Assembly: GCA_020137815.1 (NCBI GenBank)
Contig: CM035360.1
Span: 4,340,001-4,404,000 of the forward strand
Source: Hormiphora californensis
Taxonomy: Eukaryota > Animalia > Ctenophora
DNA: 64,000 nucleotides
Reading direction: 5' to 3'
The position numbers were made by a program, and so were the translations under genes. The notes under the pieces are model-generated. The model was not told the origin of the DNA and searched no databases. It was given only the letters and a program-made list of their open reading frames with translations. This document shows positions 46,728 through 59,489 of this stretch, piece after piece; the stretch's first letter is position 1; each line of letters starts with the position of its first letter.

Positions 46728-47060
46728 ATGCCCGGTCCTGAAGAGCACGGTGGAGGCCAACATGGCCACGGTGGAAGCCATCACGGGGGTGGACAACACG
46801 GAGGCGAACACGGTGGTCAGCACCAACAACACGGTGGGGGAGGTGAACAGCATCATCATGAGGGAGGCCAGCCAGGACATGGTGGGGAACAACATGGTGG
46901 ACAACACGGACACCAACAAGGCCACGAAGGACACCACGAAGGAGGTCAGCACGGAGATGGTCAGCACGGTGGTGGCCATGGTGGTGGTGAACATGGAGGA
47001 CAGCACGGCGGGGAACATGGTCATGGTGGTCAACACGGTGGTGGAGGAGGTCACCACTAG
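46728..47060 (+). CDS. 110-aa Gly/His/Gln/Glu-rich protein (HGGQ/HGGE repeats)
   Basis: MPGPEEHGGGQHG...GGGGHH; codon-degenerate repeats indicate protein-level constraint. Confidence 0.8.
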   Translation: MPGPEEHGGGQHGHGGSHHGGGQHGGEHGGQHQQHGGGGEQHHHEGGQPGHGGEQHGGQHGHQQGHEGHHEGGQHGDGQHGGGHGGGEHGGQHGGEHGHGGQHGGGGGHH

Positions 47061-47309
47061 GACTTTGTTCTTTTAGAACCATTAGGACTGAGTCTATTTT
47101 AATTTAGTAAACTCTTTAGTAAATGTGTTATTTTTGTGTCATTAGAACAGTATATCAGTTGTTTTAAAAGAGTGTGTGTTTTTGACGATTCGTTTTGAAG
47201 ATAAGAGATCAGTTTTTTATATTTTTGAGGTGTGCAGATTTGTTGATAATACAATGTACCAATATATGTTTAGTTTTCAAGTTACAAAATTTAGTAAAAC
47301 TTCGCTCTT

Positions 47310-48813
47310 TTAGTTTGTCACTGGTGGACATAATGCAAGAACTAACGGTTTGAAACTGAAACCTGGAAATGGACTGATACAAGGTCGGAAGTCTGTTTGC
47401 GAACAGTTTTTGAACCAAAGGTTTTCAACTTTTCAAGAAAAACTTGGAACCCGGCCGATATCTGGGTTAACAATCAATGTCCTTTAAAATTGTTGAAAAA
47501 GCAGCCATTACATCATGATTATAACATGCAATATATGAACTACATACCATGCTGCTCAATTTAAGAGTTATGGCCGATTAATTACGTCATTATCGGACCT
47601 TATATGGTCATTAAATGACTTCATTATCTGCCCTTATATGGTCACATTACATGACGTCATGTTTGTAATCTCACCTATATCAAAGACATCATTCTCCAAG
47701 GGGAATCTGTAGTTGGTAGTAGCAGTATCAGACTGTGTCCACTTGGCAGTGCCGAATACAGTATCACTCCAATTGTACTCACATTTCGATGTATCTTTAG
47801 TGTACAACTGATGAGAAGGGTCATGATATATTTCAGTTTTTAGAAGGGGAGCTAAATAATTTGGCACTGGGCAAAATCCCCCGCCCGAGGTTCTCTCAAA
47901 TCTCAATCTCTTGTGAGCGAGCAGGGGGTGTAATTGTCAACGGAGGTAATACAAAGACCTACCTCTGCTCCGTTAAGGTAGAGAGTGAAGGTGTCTCCAC
48001 TGCTAAACCTCAAATCCCAAATATCGGAACTAATTCCCGCTGGGAACGATGTCTCTATATCCAAATTGATGACACATTTTGATAAGCTCAATCTTATGGA
48101 GCCTTCCGTAGCTTCTGTGGGGAGGGGGAATAGCGCTTTAGGGAGGGGAATAAATTATTTGGCGTAGCATATTTTCAGAGTTAAGAACTAGTTTTGTAAT
48201 GGTCTTTACCTTTGTCCAGGACTGTTGGCATTGCCATGTAAAAGACACGGATACCTGATCCCTCAATGGGAAACAACTGAATCTGGACCCTTAGTTCATC
48301 ATCGCTTGCACTGAAATAGGCTCCAATTTATGGTTTTATCATTGGCCTGACCCTTTTCTCATTTCTTTCAAAATAAGGAGTGTGCGAGTGCCGAGTATTG
48401 GCCTGACACTTGGCAATTTTAGACCATCATGGCCATGTCACATATTATTCAAGAAAACACGGTGACTTTTGGGGCTGTGGCATTGCCACCACAGTTGAAT
48501 TTAATTCGAATGGCTCATTTCCCCAATACAATATCACTAATTTGTTATACCAGGTATAACAGGTAGTTGTGGAATCTGACTTACGTTGCACGGCGGGTTT
48601 CCATGGATACGAGATATCCATCTACTGGTGACGTCATATCAACAATGACGTCATTTTCTATTGTGTTCCATTCTCCCCAGTTAACCGACCCTGTGGAGAA
48701 ATTAATCCGGGTATAGGAGAAGGTTACTATTGTCTATCACTCGTAAATCTAACAGAAATACCTGCAAAAGTTAGTTGGAAGAGAAGGATGGAGCATAACA
48801 AGTAGGCCGCCAT
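47310..48813 (-). CDS. Secreted beta-rich single-domain protein, about six exons
   Basis: Signal peptide MAAYLLCSILLFQLTFA; IWDLRF..FTLYLNG..C..W..SDTATTNYR pattern, which I recall from a domain expanded in ctenophores (unverified); consistent splice phases. Confidence 0.7.
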
Positions 48814-50380
48814 TAACAGTCGATCATCTTTCAAACTAGAAAAAGGGATCAAGCTGAGCTTTTCTCTATCAAAGAACAAATAGGTATAGCAAACATCATT
48901 ATAGTCATTTCTTTAGTCGTCCATCGATTTGGAATGACTCGTTTGAAAATGAACCACACAATTTATCGGGATTTGTTACTTTGAAGTGAGGACATCTGGC
49001 CGCCATCAGAGAGGGTGGCATGTATTTATGAGTGTACAATATGTCGTTAATCGTTATCGTCATGCTCAAAAACGGTCTCACATTTTGTCAAAAAATAACG
49101 GATAGTGGTACTGACCACTGGGACAGAAGTGGTAGAAAAAATATATATAATTGCTAATCAATAAACTCCAATTATATGTCAACAAAATATAGGTGGAATT
49201 CAGCAGAATTATTCTCTACCAATTACTAGAAAAGTAAGGGCCATCACTCGCTAGAACCTCGCAGGGCCAGGGAATGTTTTTCCCCGATGAGTAACTTGAT
49301 GCACATGGATTGAGAACAACTGCCACCGTTCTATGTTGTAGCTGATAGTTGAGATTCGATAGGCCAGAGCTCTATCCTTGTCCAACGACATACATACTTC
49401 TTGTATTGAGTTTCAGTTAGCAAAAACTGTGGCTAATGACCTGAAACTTTGGCTAATGATATAAAATTGTGGCTAATACTGCGGAATTTTACTGGGGATT
49501 AGATAGGACGACGAATGATATAATAAAATGTATTCGATTAGTACACTGGGTAAAGACATCTATGGGAAAAAATGGATCGAATGCTGAGCAGCTGTGTCTT
49601 CTGAGGACCACACTAGCAGCTGCACAGAAACGCAGCTATATTGCCACGTCTGAGATCGGTTGGAAAGAGAGATGGAGAGAGGGATAGAGAGAGAGAGTGG
49701 CAGAGACAGAGATAGCGAGTGATAGAAATAGATAATTAAAAATGGTGGTGGCGAAAGAAAATGGCCCGAATACAGGTAGTTTTCACAATAAAGACGAATG
49801 TCCTCATGCCATCAAACATACTCCCCTCGACCCTCTATACAAACTCTCACTGAGCTTTATCTTTTGTCCTCGTCCTCGGGATGGAATGGTTGGGGGGACG
49901 AATGGAGTGACGAAGGAGTGAGGTCAACTCTTTGGCTGTCTGCGGGCCTCTATTCACAGATGTGGGTCGTGGGGATGTGAAAAAATGTTTTTATGTTGCT
50001 CGTTTTATCACAAGTCTGAATAAATGGAATATATTTAGAAAAAGAGCAACCTGTGAAAGTGGTATAGATATCGTGAAACAGGTGAAAGTAGATGGAAATT
50101 AAAATACTTTTTTAAATGTTCAATTTGATAGAGTTTAGACCCGGAAATTACGGGGGAAAGTTATAGAGAAAGTAGTAAATTGGTAACGAAGTTGGAAAAG
50201 TTGAGAGAATAGACAGAATATTGAAGAGACATAGAGATTTAGACAGATCATTCGTCATTGGATAAAGCTACGTTGTTTGTTTAACCTTCTCTCTCCTGGG
50301 TCATGGCCTGACTCTCTTGGATTGTTTATTTTCACTCTAGCTGACATCGCATTCGTTCTCCCTGCCGCTGCTGCTGTACT

Positions 50381-50653
50381 ATGCCTCCAAAACCTCATCC
50401 CCCACCTCATCACGGGCCTGGACACCATGGACCTCCAGCTGGACCTGGAGGACCTGGGGGACCTCCGGCTGGACCCGGGGCACCTCCCCCTGGACCTGGA
50501 CCTCATCACGGACCTCCCGCTGGACCTGGAGGACCCGGCGGACCTCCTGGTGGACCCGGCGGACCTCCTGGTGGACCCGGCGGACCTGGAGGACCCGGTC
50601 ATCACGGGCCTGGGGGACATGGGCCCGGTGGACACCACGGACATGGACATTAG
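50381..50653 (+). CDS. 90-aa Gly/Pro/His-rich protein
   Basis: MPPKPHPPPHHGPG..GPGGPP repeats..HHGHGH; paralog of 51078 gene. Confidence 0.8.
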   Translation: MPPKPHPPPHHGPGHHGPPAGPGGPGGPPAGPGAPPPGPGPHHGPPAGPGGPGGPPGGPGGPPGGPGGPGGPGHHGPGGHGPGGHHGHGH

Positions 50654-51077
50654 TCGACAAAAAAGAGAATCGAGACCGATTATAGATGATTTTGTTTAAA
50701 ACTGTATAGTATTCTTATTCTAAAGTGAAAGTTGAGAATTTAGAGATCGTTGTCATATAATCGTTTTCATCGACACCAAATAATGAAGTGTGAGAAATGG
50801 AACCTGGCAATTGGAGGAGTGAGAGATAATTTCTTTCGGTTGGGTGATAGAACGGAGAAAATACACAATGTCGGTGGTGATGGGGGAGAGGGAGTTAGAG
50901 AGAAAGTAGTAACGAAGTAACGGAGTCAGGAAAGTTGAGAGAATAGGCAGAATATTGAGGAGTCAAGAGACGCACAATGATAATATTGAGACGATGACAA
51001 CGCATTGAATAGTGCTGCGTTGTTTGTCTCTTGACTCTCTTGAATCACCACGCATTCGTTCTTCCTGCTGCTGTAAC

Positions 51078-51595
51078 ATGCCTCCAAAACCACATCCCCC
51101 ACCCCATCACGGGCCTCCAGCTGGACCTGGGGCACCTCCCCCTGGACCCGGTCGACCTGGGGTACCTGTTCCTGGACCCCGACAACCTGTTGGGCCTCCC
51201 CCTGGACCCGTTCGACCTGGAGTGCCTCCGGCTCCCGCTGGACCCCGTCGACCTGTTGGGCCTCCCGCTGGACCTCGTAGACCTGTTGGGCCTCCAGCTC
51301 CTCCCCCTGGACCTGGGGTGCCTGCTCCTGGACCTAGAGTGCCTCCCGCTGGACCCCGTCGGCCTGTTGGGCCTCCCGCTGGACCCCGTCGACCTGTTGG
51401 GCCTCCCGCTGGGCCTGTTGGGCCTCCCGCTGGGCCTGTTGGGCCTCCCGCTGGACCTGGGGTGCCTTACGCCGGACCTGGGGTGCCTCCTGCTGGACCC
51501 CCTGCTGGCCCCCTGGACCCGAAGGACTACCCCCTGGACCCGAAGGACTACCCCCTGGACCCGAAGCACCCCCTGCTGGACCTGGAGGTTACTAG
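51078..51595 (+). CDS. Pro/Gly/Arg-rich paralog (PVGPPAGP(RR) repeats); probable 1-nt error in the C run at ~51510
   Basis: Same N-terminus MPPKPHPPPHHG; adding one C gives PPGPEGL repeats ending AGPGGY-stop at the position homologous to the paralog's stop. Confidence 0.75.
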
Positions 51596-52654
51596 ACGAC
51601 AAACAAGAGAATCAAGAGTGATGATGGCTTATTGAAGATTATGTAAATTTTATTCTAGTTAAAAATTGAAAATTCAAATCTTGTTCGAATAATCGTTTTC
51701 ATTGAAACCAAATTCCAGGGGGAACCAGTCAATTGGAGGGGTGATAGATTATTTCTTTCGGTTGGGTGATAGAACGGAGAACACAATTACTAACCTAGGA
51801 ATGTATTTATTCTGAATCATCGGGCACACATTAACAGTAACATCGAGGGCACTATAATGTGTAGCATCCCAAACATACATACAGGGATAAACTTGTTTCG
51901 ATTTGACCCCATACATTGTACAAGAAACGTAGGGGTAGGGACGCCCAAGATAACCACGCTACCTACTAGCAGAACTATAAAACCTTTTCAACATTCTTTT
52001 GGTCCGGGAAATCCACAAAACTTGTTTGGTTTTGGATCAAGTTATTTTCATAATTCACGTGGCTATTTCTCTGTTCATGGGACTGTATGACTTTACTCTA
52101 TTGGGTGTGCCAAGCACAGTAAATAACTCTCAATACGGTCCCTTGGTTCCTCATTATTACTGCATGAATGTCTCTCCAGTAACTGCATAAGACCCATATT
52201 CAATTTCACACATCACCCATTGTGTCCCTCCCTCCGTCACACAGTATCTCAGTACGGTGCAGTAACGCGCTGGTCCTTCCAACAAGAGAGACTCGCGCAA
52301 CTAGTTGTACGCGCGCGCAAATTACACAGATCCCCCAATGGGAATGGACGGTGTTTATTTGGATCGGGGCCCTTTTTGAAAGGCCAGATCTGTGACCTGT
52401 TTTTACCAGAACCATGTCACACACATAACACCATGGTTCCAGAGATGATATCGAGTCAGTCAGTGACAGATCACACCGAGAGAAATCCACGATCCAATCA
52501 CACCTGCAGTTTGGGTGTGTAACATAATTTGCGCGCGGGCTTTCTTTCACCGTGTCACCGCGCCCTCCGTACAAGCAATCACAACAAGTTTCACAACAAC
52601 CAGAACATTCACGAAGTAATAATTGGAAATTCTGAAGAGCAGAACAATAGAACA

Positions 52655-55342
52655 TTACGATTGGTAATTCTGAAGAGCATCCAACTTCTTGCTCCAAGTT
52701 TGACTCTGCTCCCCAATTTGTCCCAACACCTCATTATACATCTCCATCTTCATTTCCAGCTCAACAATCTTCCCTGTCTTCTTCTCAGTCACTTCAGCCA
52801 GTTGTTTCACCATTTTGTCCTTCTGTTTTTCAAGTCTCTCCGCCAGATATTGGTCACGTGACTTCTTCTGGTCAGCCAGCCACTGGTTGTGGAACTGTCG
52901 AGTTTTCTTCTCCTCCAATTGACGTTCTTCTTTGACACGCCGAGAGACAATACCACGAGACACAAAGTCTGCTGCGAATTTCTTCCTCATTTTCTCCACT
53001 TTTCGTTCTTTTTGGGATTGTCGTTCTTGTTTGGAGGCCTCTGTTTGGGCCAGGTGTTCGGAAATGGCGGTGTTTTTACGGTCAAATGTGGTTCGAAGTT
53101 TGTTGATTCGCTTCTCGTACCGGTCTTCCTCCATCTAAAATACAAATTGGATTATGTTAATGTTAACAATAACATGTATTTGTGTTGAGTTAACATGATA
53201 AATCAGCAATCAAAGTCTGTACAAAGTTAGACAGGATAAGTATCGGACAATTGTTTATGAGCCGCATGATAATAATCTGTAGAGATGATATCTCCTTCCA
53301 GCCAGAAGATTATGTACAAAGTTCACAATTACCTGTTTCTTATTAGTTTCCAAACTTCTTCTCCTTGATCAGTACCCTGCTCGATCACCTTACTCTTCTT
53401 CTGTAGCGTCACCAGTTGACGTTTTGCCAGTACACTATCAATCCTGGTGTGGTGTAGGGACTGCTGGAGATCCCGCTCTAGAGCAGCTAGTCGGACCGGG
53501 GTGTCACAACGGAAATCAGGTTTCGTGGGCGTCTCACTGACCTCAATAGTCGTATCATCTGTGTGAAGAAGAAAATAATAGAATAGAATGGGGTGCAGGA
53601 ATGTAATGGGAATGGACATGGGAATGGGCATTAAACCTCGCAAACAAACAAACTCGAAAATAGGGAATAAGACGATGGGCCACAGTTTAGCGACAGACTA
53701 AACCCATCACTGATAAAACAGGTGTACCTTGCAAGGGAACAATAGAGCTGAACCTCCTTCCACTGTAAATCTCATCGACCAGATCTGACTTTATCTTGTA
53801 CCGGTTGTTGATGAAACTCTTTATTTCTTCACCAGCAAACATCGACGGGAGTCTTCGCTTTTCTGGCCTGTGTTGGGAAATGTGTAAGGAAAATGCAGTC
53901 ATTGTTACCGGATTGAGTCTTAGACGTCGTGGACCGCAACACTTTGCGGGCGGCCAATATATGACGAAGGGGCCGGGGTGACGAAGCACTACTGTTTGTG
54001 AACTAGATTGTGAACTTACACAGTGTTTTGGGTGGGTGGTACAGGTAGGGGATTAGTTCCCCACGGCATCTTTTTCCTGAGAATATAACTTTTGAATGTC
54101 TTGTAGGGCTCCCGTATAAAGTGATCCTCAGTAATAAGACCTGTAGTAAGAGAGAAATATAATTGTTACAGCTCCCGTATGAGACCTGCAGAGAAATGAA
54201 ATGTAACAGTCTGAGGTGTGTGATATGAGAATTTTCGAAAGAATAATTAGAGATTGTTACACCTCCGTATAACAGTACAATGTGTCACACACACACAAGA
54301 AAATGGCACGTTTTACACACAGTACACACAAGAAAGTAGTTGATATTCACCCACCTTGTTCAACAAGTTGTTTCCTAATTTCAGGTTTACTCAGAAAACT
54401 TCTCAGATGTTTATCATAGTAACAGCTGTATTGAGGGGCTGGCCCATAAGGATCCGCTAGTGTGAAGGGGTGTCTGTCCTGGAGATTTAGGATGGGCCGT
54501 CGGAATGATCCGAGTTGCTGGGTGATGAATATACGGCCACCCGGGTGAGACGCCCTCAAAACCTGAAGAATAGGGGTTATGGTTGGTAGTTATAGTAGGG
54601 GGTGGTTGTTTTGCGAATATGGTGGGGAGGTGTTTTAACATTTTATACAGGCTGAACTCTGCAGTCATGACAAATATTATGTTTAGTTTGGGTTAGGGTT
54701 ACACTATTGAATTTATAGTAAAATAATCCCACGGGTGACGGGTAGCCAATTTATTATTTCTTGCAAAAACAAAATAATTTTAGAGGCTGGGGATCATGTG
54801 AATTTATACTCACAGGGAAAGTAACCTCCTCAGGAGCATCTTTGAGGGTCTCCAGTTTCTCCATAAAGAGCTGCTCGAGGGAGTGTCGGACCTCCTTCGC
54901 TTCATCAGCTGCTGGAGCTATCTGGAAGGAGAGGAGTCGATTAAATAGGATCATAACAGAAACATCTAGAAAGAATTCCCCTGACCCCTAGTATAGGACT
55001 AGTTCAGAAACATCTAGAAGTATTTCTGGGTGTGTCCCTTTACTTTACCCCTAGTAACAGAATACCCCCCCCCCCCCTGCTACAATAACATGCCCCTAGA
55101 AGCTGTCAGAGCATTGGCCTGACAGCCTACAAAGGATTCATCCCACCTCCTCCTACCGATTTATCTGACACGGGGAGATGTTTAATCAGCTTGGACTTGC
55201 CGGACCTTGATTTGAATTGATTATCATCCGCATCGCTGGCTTGGGAAACAAGGATGTGTTTGAGAAGTTTAGGTCTCATTGACAGTCTCTGTCGGTACAT
55301 CCCCAGTTTAGAACACTGGGAATCCATCGTGAGAGCCGCCAT
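52655..55342 (-). CDS. FSIP2-N-terminal-like coiled-coil protein, multi-exon
   Basis: FTLADPYG..YSCYYDKHLRSFL..RKQLVEQGLIT resembles the conserved FSIP2 N-terminal motif; C-terminal charged coiled coil (52655-53134). Confidence 0.65.
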
Positions 55343-55852
55343 AATATCCGCGGGGAGTGAATGACGGGATAAGAGAGATGTGAACAATTTGCACGTGCAG
55401 AAATGGGGGTGTTTGGGTTGCCATAGCTGGGTCACTACTCACTAGTAATGACTCAATGAGTTGCACGTGCGGCGTACAACGAGGTCAACTACGATACTCT
55501 GCTGCAGGAACCTCTCAATCAGCCGAAATCAGGCCAATGCTCTGACAAGCAGACCCTGACAAGCATTCCATTTCAGTTTTGGCTACAAATATAAAAAGAC
55601 GCGGAAATTTCTCAAGAAAATTAAACTCAGCATTTCACAAGTCCAATTTCATACATTTACACGGCTTACTCACAGAGAAGTTAAGATGATAAGAGAATAA
55701 ATCTGAGCCAAAAAATATTTGAAAATTTTTAAAGAGTGTTAAAGTCCACTTGCGCCTGCCAGTGCGGTGCTTGACCACTCATATCGCTCCACTCGAAGCA
55801 TGTGAGAATGGGTCAGCACGATGCCTGACAGACTTGTGTGCTTTCTCTCTCG

Positions 55853-58800
55853 TCAGAATATTTCATAGAACTGTTGTACCTCCTGATCTCCTGTGAAAAA
55901 AGTTTAAAAAGTTAAACTAAATAATCTCAGCTGGTCAAGTAAACATAAACGTGGCACATTTTGAGTATTGTGTGAGAGATCAATATTCCTTAGTCAGTGG
56001 TTTCATCTAGATTTTAACATACAGCAAATGTTATTCTAGATATTAAAGTGAGAGTGGACCGAATCAGAATTGGACAAGTTTGTTGTAGGTAGTAGAGATT
56101 AGCTCTCTGAGCATAATGCGTTTTTGCCGCTCAAAATCGACCCACCCATCACTGAGATATTTTTGTTATGTTGGGAGAACTCCTGTTTAATCAGTATGTA
56201 AAAAACAGAATAGAAACAATCATCATGTTTTCCTAACACATTCTGAATATGAGGTTGACATGTTCATGCACAGAAGCAGAACAATGCAAGTTAGCATATT
56301 GCAAATTTAAAGAATGTGTTAGTAAAACACAAGGATTGTTTCTATCCTGTTTGATAAATATTGATCCAGCAGAAATTCTCCCAACATAACAAAAATATCT
56401 CAGTGATGGGTGGGTCGATTTTGAGCGGCAGAAACGCAAAATGCTCAGAAAGCTAATCTCTACCACCTACACCAAACTTGTCCAATTCTGATCCGGTCCA
56501 CTCTCACTTTAACTGACCAGTTGGCACGCTCTGGTAAGGTAAAACTGGTGTTGTCTGCAGACGTTTCTTTCCTTTTTGTTTCTTCTTCTTTTGCGGTTTC
56601 TCTGTTACTCCTAAACAGCATAGGAAATTATTATCAGGGGATATAATCCAGGATAAATCCAGGATATCATAATCCAGTTTCCCGATAATAATTAGCAGTT
56701 AACTTATTAAATTAACTAATTACCCAGAATATTCAGAACTCCATCAGCAGCGTAGTGTTTTGTTTCTTGTTTCTTCTTCCCACTCGCTGAGAACTCAACT
56801 GCACTATCAGTTGAATTACACAGCTTACATCTGAAACAGAGGACTCTGTGAAAAATTCTATGGAATAACTGGTTCCCTCACAAAATCCTGCACTGTGCGT
56901 GATGTTACAGTCATGCAGTATGTCGACAATTCGAACATGTGTCGACTGGTCTAGAAGCTTCTTTCTCGCTAATAAAAGATTTCAGCTCGCATAAAAATGT
57001 TCTCTTGAGAAAAGTAACAATCTCGCTCATGCTCCCTTCAGTAAAATGTGTACGACAGACTGTCAAAATCTCACTTTTGTTCTCTCTAACAAAAGTAACG
57101 ATCTCCCTTTTTTCTCCCTTTAATAAAAGTAACAATCTCCCTTTTTTCCCTTTAATAAAAGTAACGACCTCCCTTTTTCTTCCTTTAATAAAAGTAACAA
57201 TCTCCCTTTTCTCCCTTTAATAAAAGTAACAATCTCACTTACGTTACAGTATAGTATCCAGTAATATCATCCTGCACGGCTGAGTAGTTTGGGAGATTCA
57301 AATTGTTACTCATGAGGTACTCCTGAAGCACGCTTATTGCATCCTCAAAACGTCTCGGAGGTGGGGGAGGTGGGGAAGGAGGACGGGCTATTGGCTCCAC
57401 ACAGTCCTATAATTAGGGGTTCGATTAATTAAATACCCAGAGAGAGCTAATTATATCGGATAAGATCATCATAGCATACTGAGTCCATGGTATAGACATG
57501 GCATGTCTCGAGTGATAGCTACCATCTTAGCCTAAGAGGGTTGGAACATACCTAAGATGTTCCAACTCTCCTTTACTGCACGCAGTGGACATGGAGACTG
57601 GAGAGAGGGTCGAGCAAGCTGCAATACCAATACCATCTTACCACTTACCTCTATCTCAGACTCTTCAGCTGATTTTCCTTTATTCTTCTTTCCTGGGCCC
57701 TTACGAGGCCTCGGCGGTGGAGGGGTTGCGGGTCGAATGTTTTCTTCAGATAGAATCTTCCTCGCAGCATCTAATCGAGCTGTCTTCTTATCTTCTCCTA
57801 TACCCTAAAAGTGTCCAAGTTTAGCAAATTTTCATGTTTTCCAGTTTAGTTAGGTTGGAATTGTTATGTTCTAACCCTCCCTTTACATTGGTAATGTAAT
57901 TACCCCTCCACGCGAGCGCCCCGGTGGGCGCGAGCTCACGGATGAAATATATATGAAATATTAGGGGTGACTTCGTAACCAACCCTTTACATTTGTAAAG
58001 GAAGGGGGCGGGGCGGAGCGCCCGAAACACAGTCTAGCCAGGGCCCAGGCAAGGGTGGAACTTGTGAGTGCTGGTGTTTGAAAACGAGTACATGGTTAAA
58101 GTAAAGTACACGTACCTCAACAGAAAGTCTATCCCTGGAGACAGCACACCGGACAGTAAACCTCCTCCTTCCAGTCCCAATCACTTCCTCCTTGATGTAC
58201 TCCCAGGACACTGAGAGGCCTTTTTCTTCCATCGTTCTGTACAACTCATCCTGAGATGAGAATTTTGTTAGTCAAAATAATGGGATTCAGACTGCTCCAA
58301 TCTTTATTAATGAGAGGTTGGGTAATCAAAACACCAAATATGTATAAACATTTCGGAACATGCCAGCTGCAAACAAAATATCTTTCTTACCTCTTCATCT
58401 GTTGAATCTTCTCTAGCCAGCTCCTTGGGGAATCTAGCCTTTAACGTGTCTACCATTGCCTAATAATGGTTTGGGTTGCTTATGCACAAGGCGTAATTCT
58501 GCTGCGTAATTCGGCCCATGGAACAAGGGTGTTAGAATGTTTAGTGGACGGTTAACCCCTGGACAACAACTAACAAGTCACACATCATTTACTTTTTAGC
58601 CCACCAAATTGGATTAAGACTACTTTACCTCTGCTGCATTATGTTTCGCGTCCTGTTTTGTTTTCCCAGTCCCCTCGACCTCCTCGCCCCTGTATTTGAG
58701 GGAAAACTTGAACTCTGGTGTGGCCTTCTTTTTTATCTTGGACTTCTTTCCAGTCGGAGGAGGTGGTGGAGGCTCCTTGGCAACTGGCAGTTCAGGTGTA

Positions 58801-58941
58801 GACTGGCTGGAAAATAACAGGAGTTCATTTTAAGTATGTTTGGTAGGCAATTTCCAAAGTAAACATAGTAAAATTTACCATATCAAAGGATATCCTCATT
58901 GCAAATGAGTTCAATTTAGTGGTTGGTGTTATTCGACACAT
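55853..58941 (-). CDS. Protein with three dsRNA-binding domains (Loquacious/TRBP/PACT-like architecture)
   Basis: dsRBD1 PTTKLNSF..PVY..FKFSL..GTGKTKQDAKHNAAE; dsRBD2 FTVRC..GIGEDKKTARLDAAR; dsRBD3 ISVLQEY..PNY..ASGKKKQETKHYAA; nine exons; one 1-nt frameshift near 58795. Confidence 0.85.
56047..56508. mobile_element. Kolobok-like MITE in last intron of the dsRBD gene
   Basis: TTAA|AGTGAGAGTGGACC ... GGTCCACTCTCACT|TTAA; ~130 bp imperfect TIRs. Confidence 0.85.
57005..57240. repeat. ~32-bp intronic minisatellite starting at a donor site
   Basis: Unit TAATAAAAGTAACAATCTCCCTTTTTTCCCTT; abuts minus-strand GTAAGT donor at ~57243. Confidence 0.9.
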
Positions 58942-59489
58942 TTTTGCTTTTGAATGAACAAAACAGGGGGGGTCTCCCTTTCCTCTAAAAACGGAAAAAC
59001 AGCTGCAGAGCAGTTTTTCTTAAAAAAGTTCGGATCGTGATTTTGATTTTATCGCCAAATAAAATACACAATCTGTAGATCCGCGCCGCGCACGCGCGAC
59101 AACTAAATGCATTGAACTCTTACTTTATGCGCGCGTAATGTTAAGTTCCAACGATTCAGGGTTCAGATTTCCTGTTTTTTGTTGCTGTTGAAAAAATGTA
59201 AAATACACGTATTGTCAAGAGAATTAAAAATGTAAAAAAGTAGAAAAGTCTTAAGATTGATCGTGTATAGAATTAGAAATACATCCACTTCCAGATCCCG
59301 AGATAATTATTGTTTATTTCATTTTCCGTTTCAGCAACATGTTCATGTTGCAAGTTGCAACATACTGATTGTGGCAGTAATAGTACTCTCAGCTCTCAAT
59401 CTCAGTTTCAGATCAATTGTCTTATATATCAAAGCAAAGACATATTTATAAGAGGCTTATTATTTTGACATGTCTGTGCAGTGTTTAGC

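Noticed and set aside
52206-52697. Overlapping Cys-containing ORFs on both strands
   Set aside because: No domain signal; probably 3' UTR of the coiled-coil gene
56911-57220. ORFs with GEKREIVTF-like repeats
   Set aside because: Lie in an intronic minisatellite between two in-phase dsRBD exons
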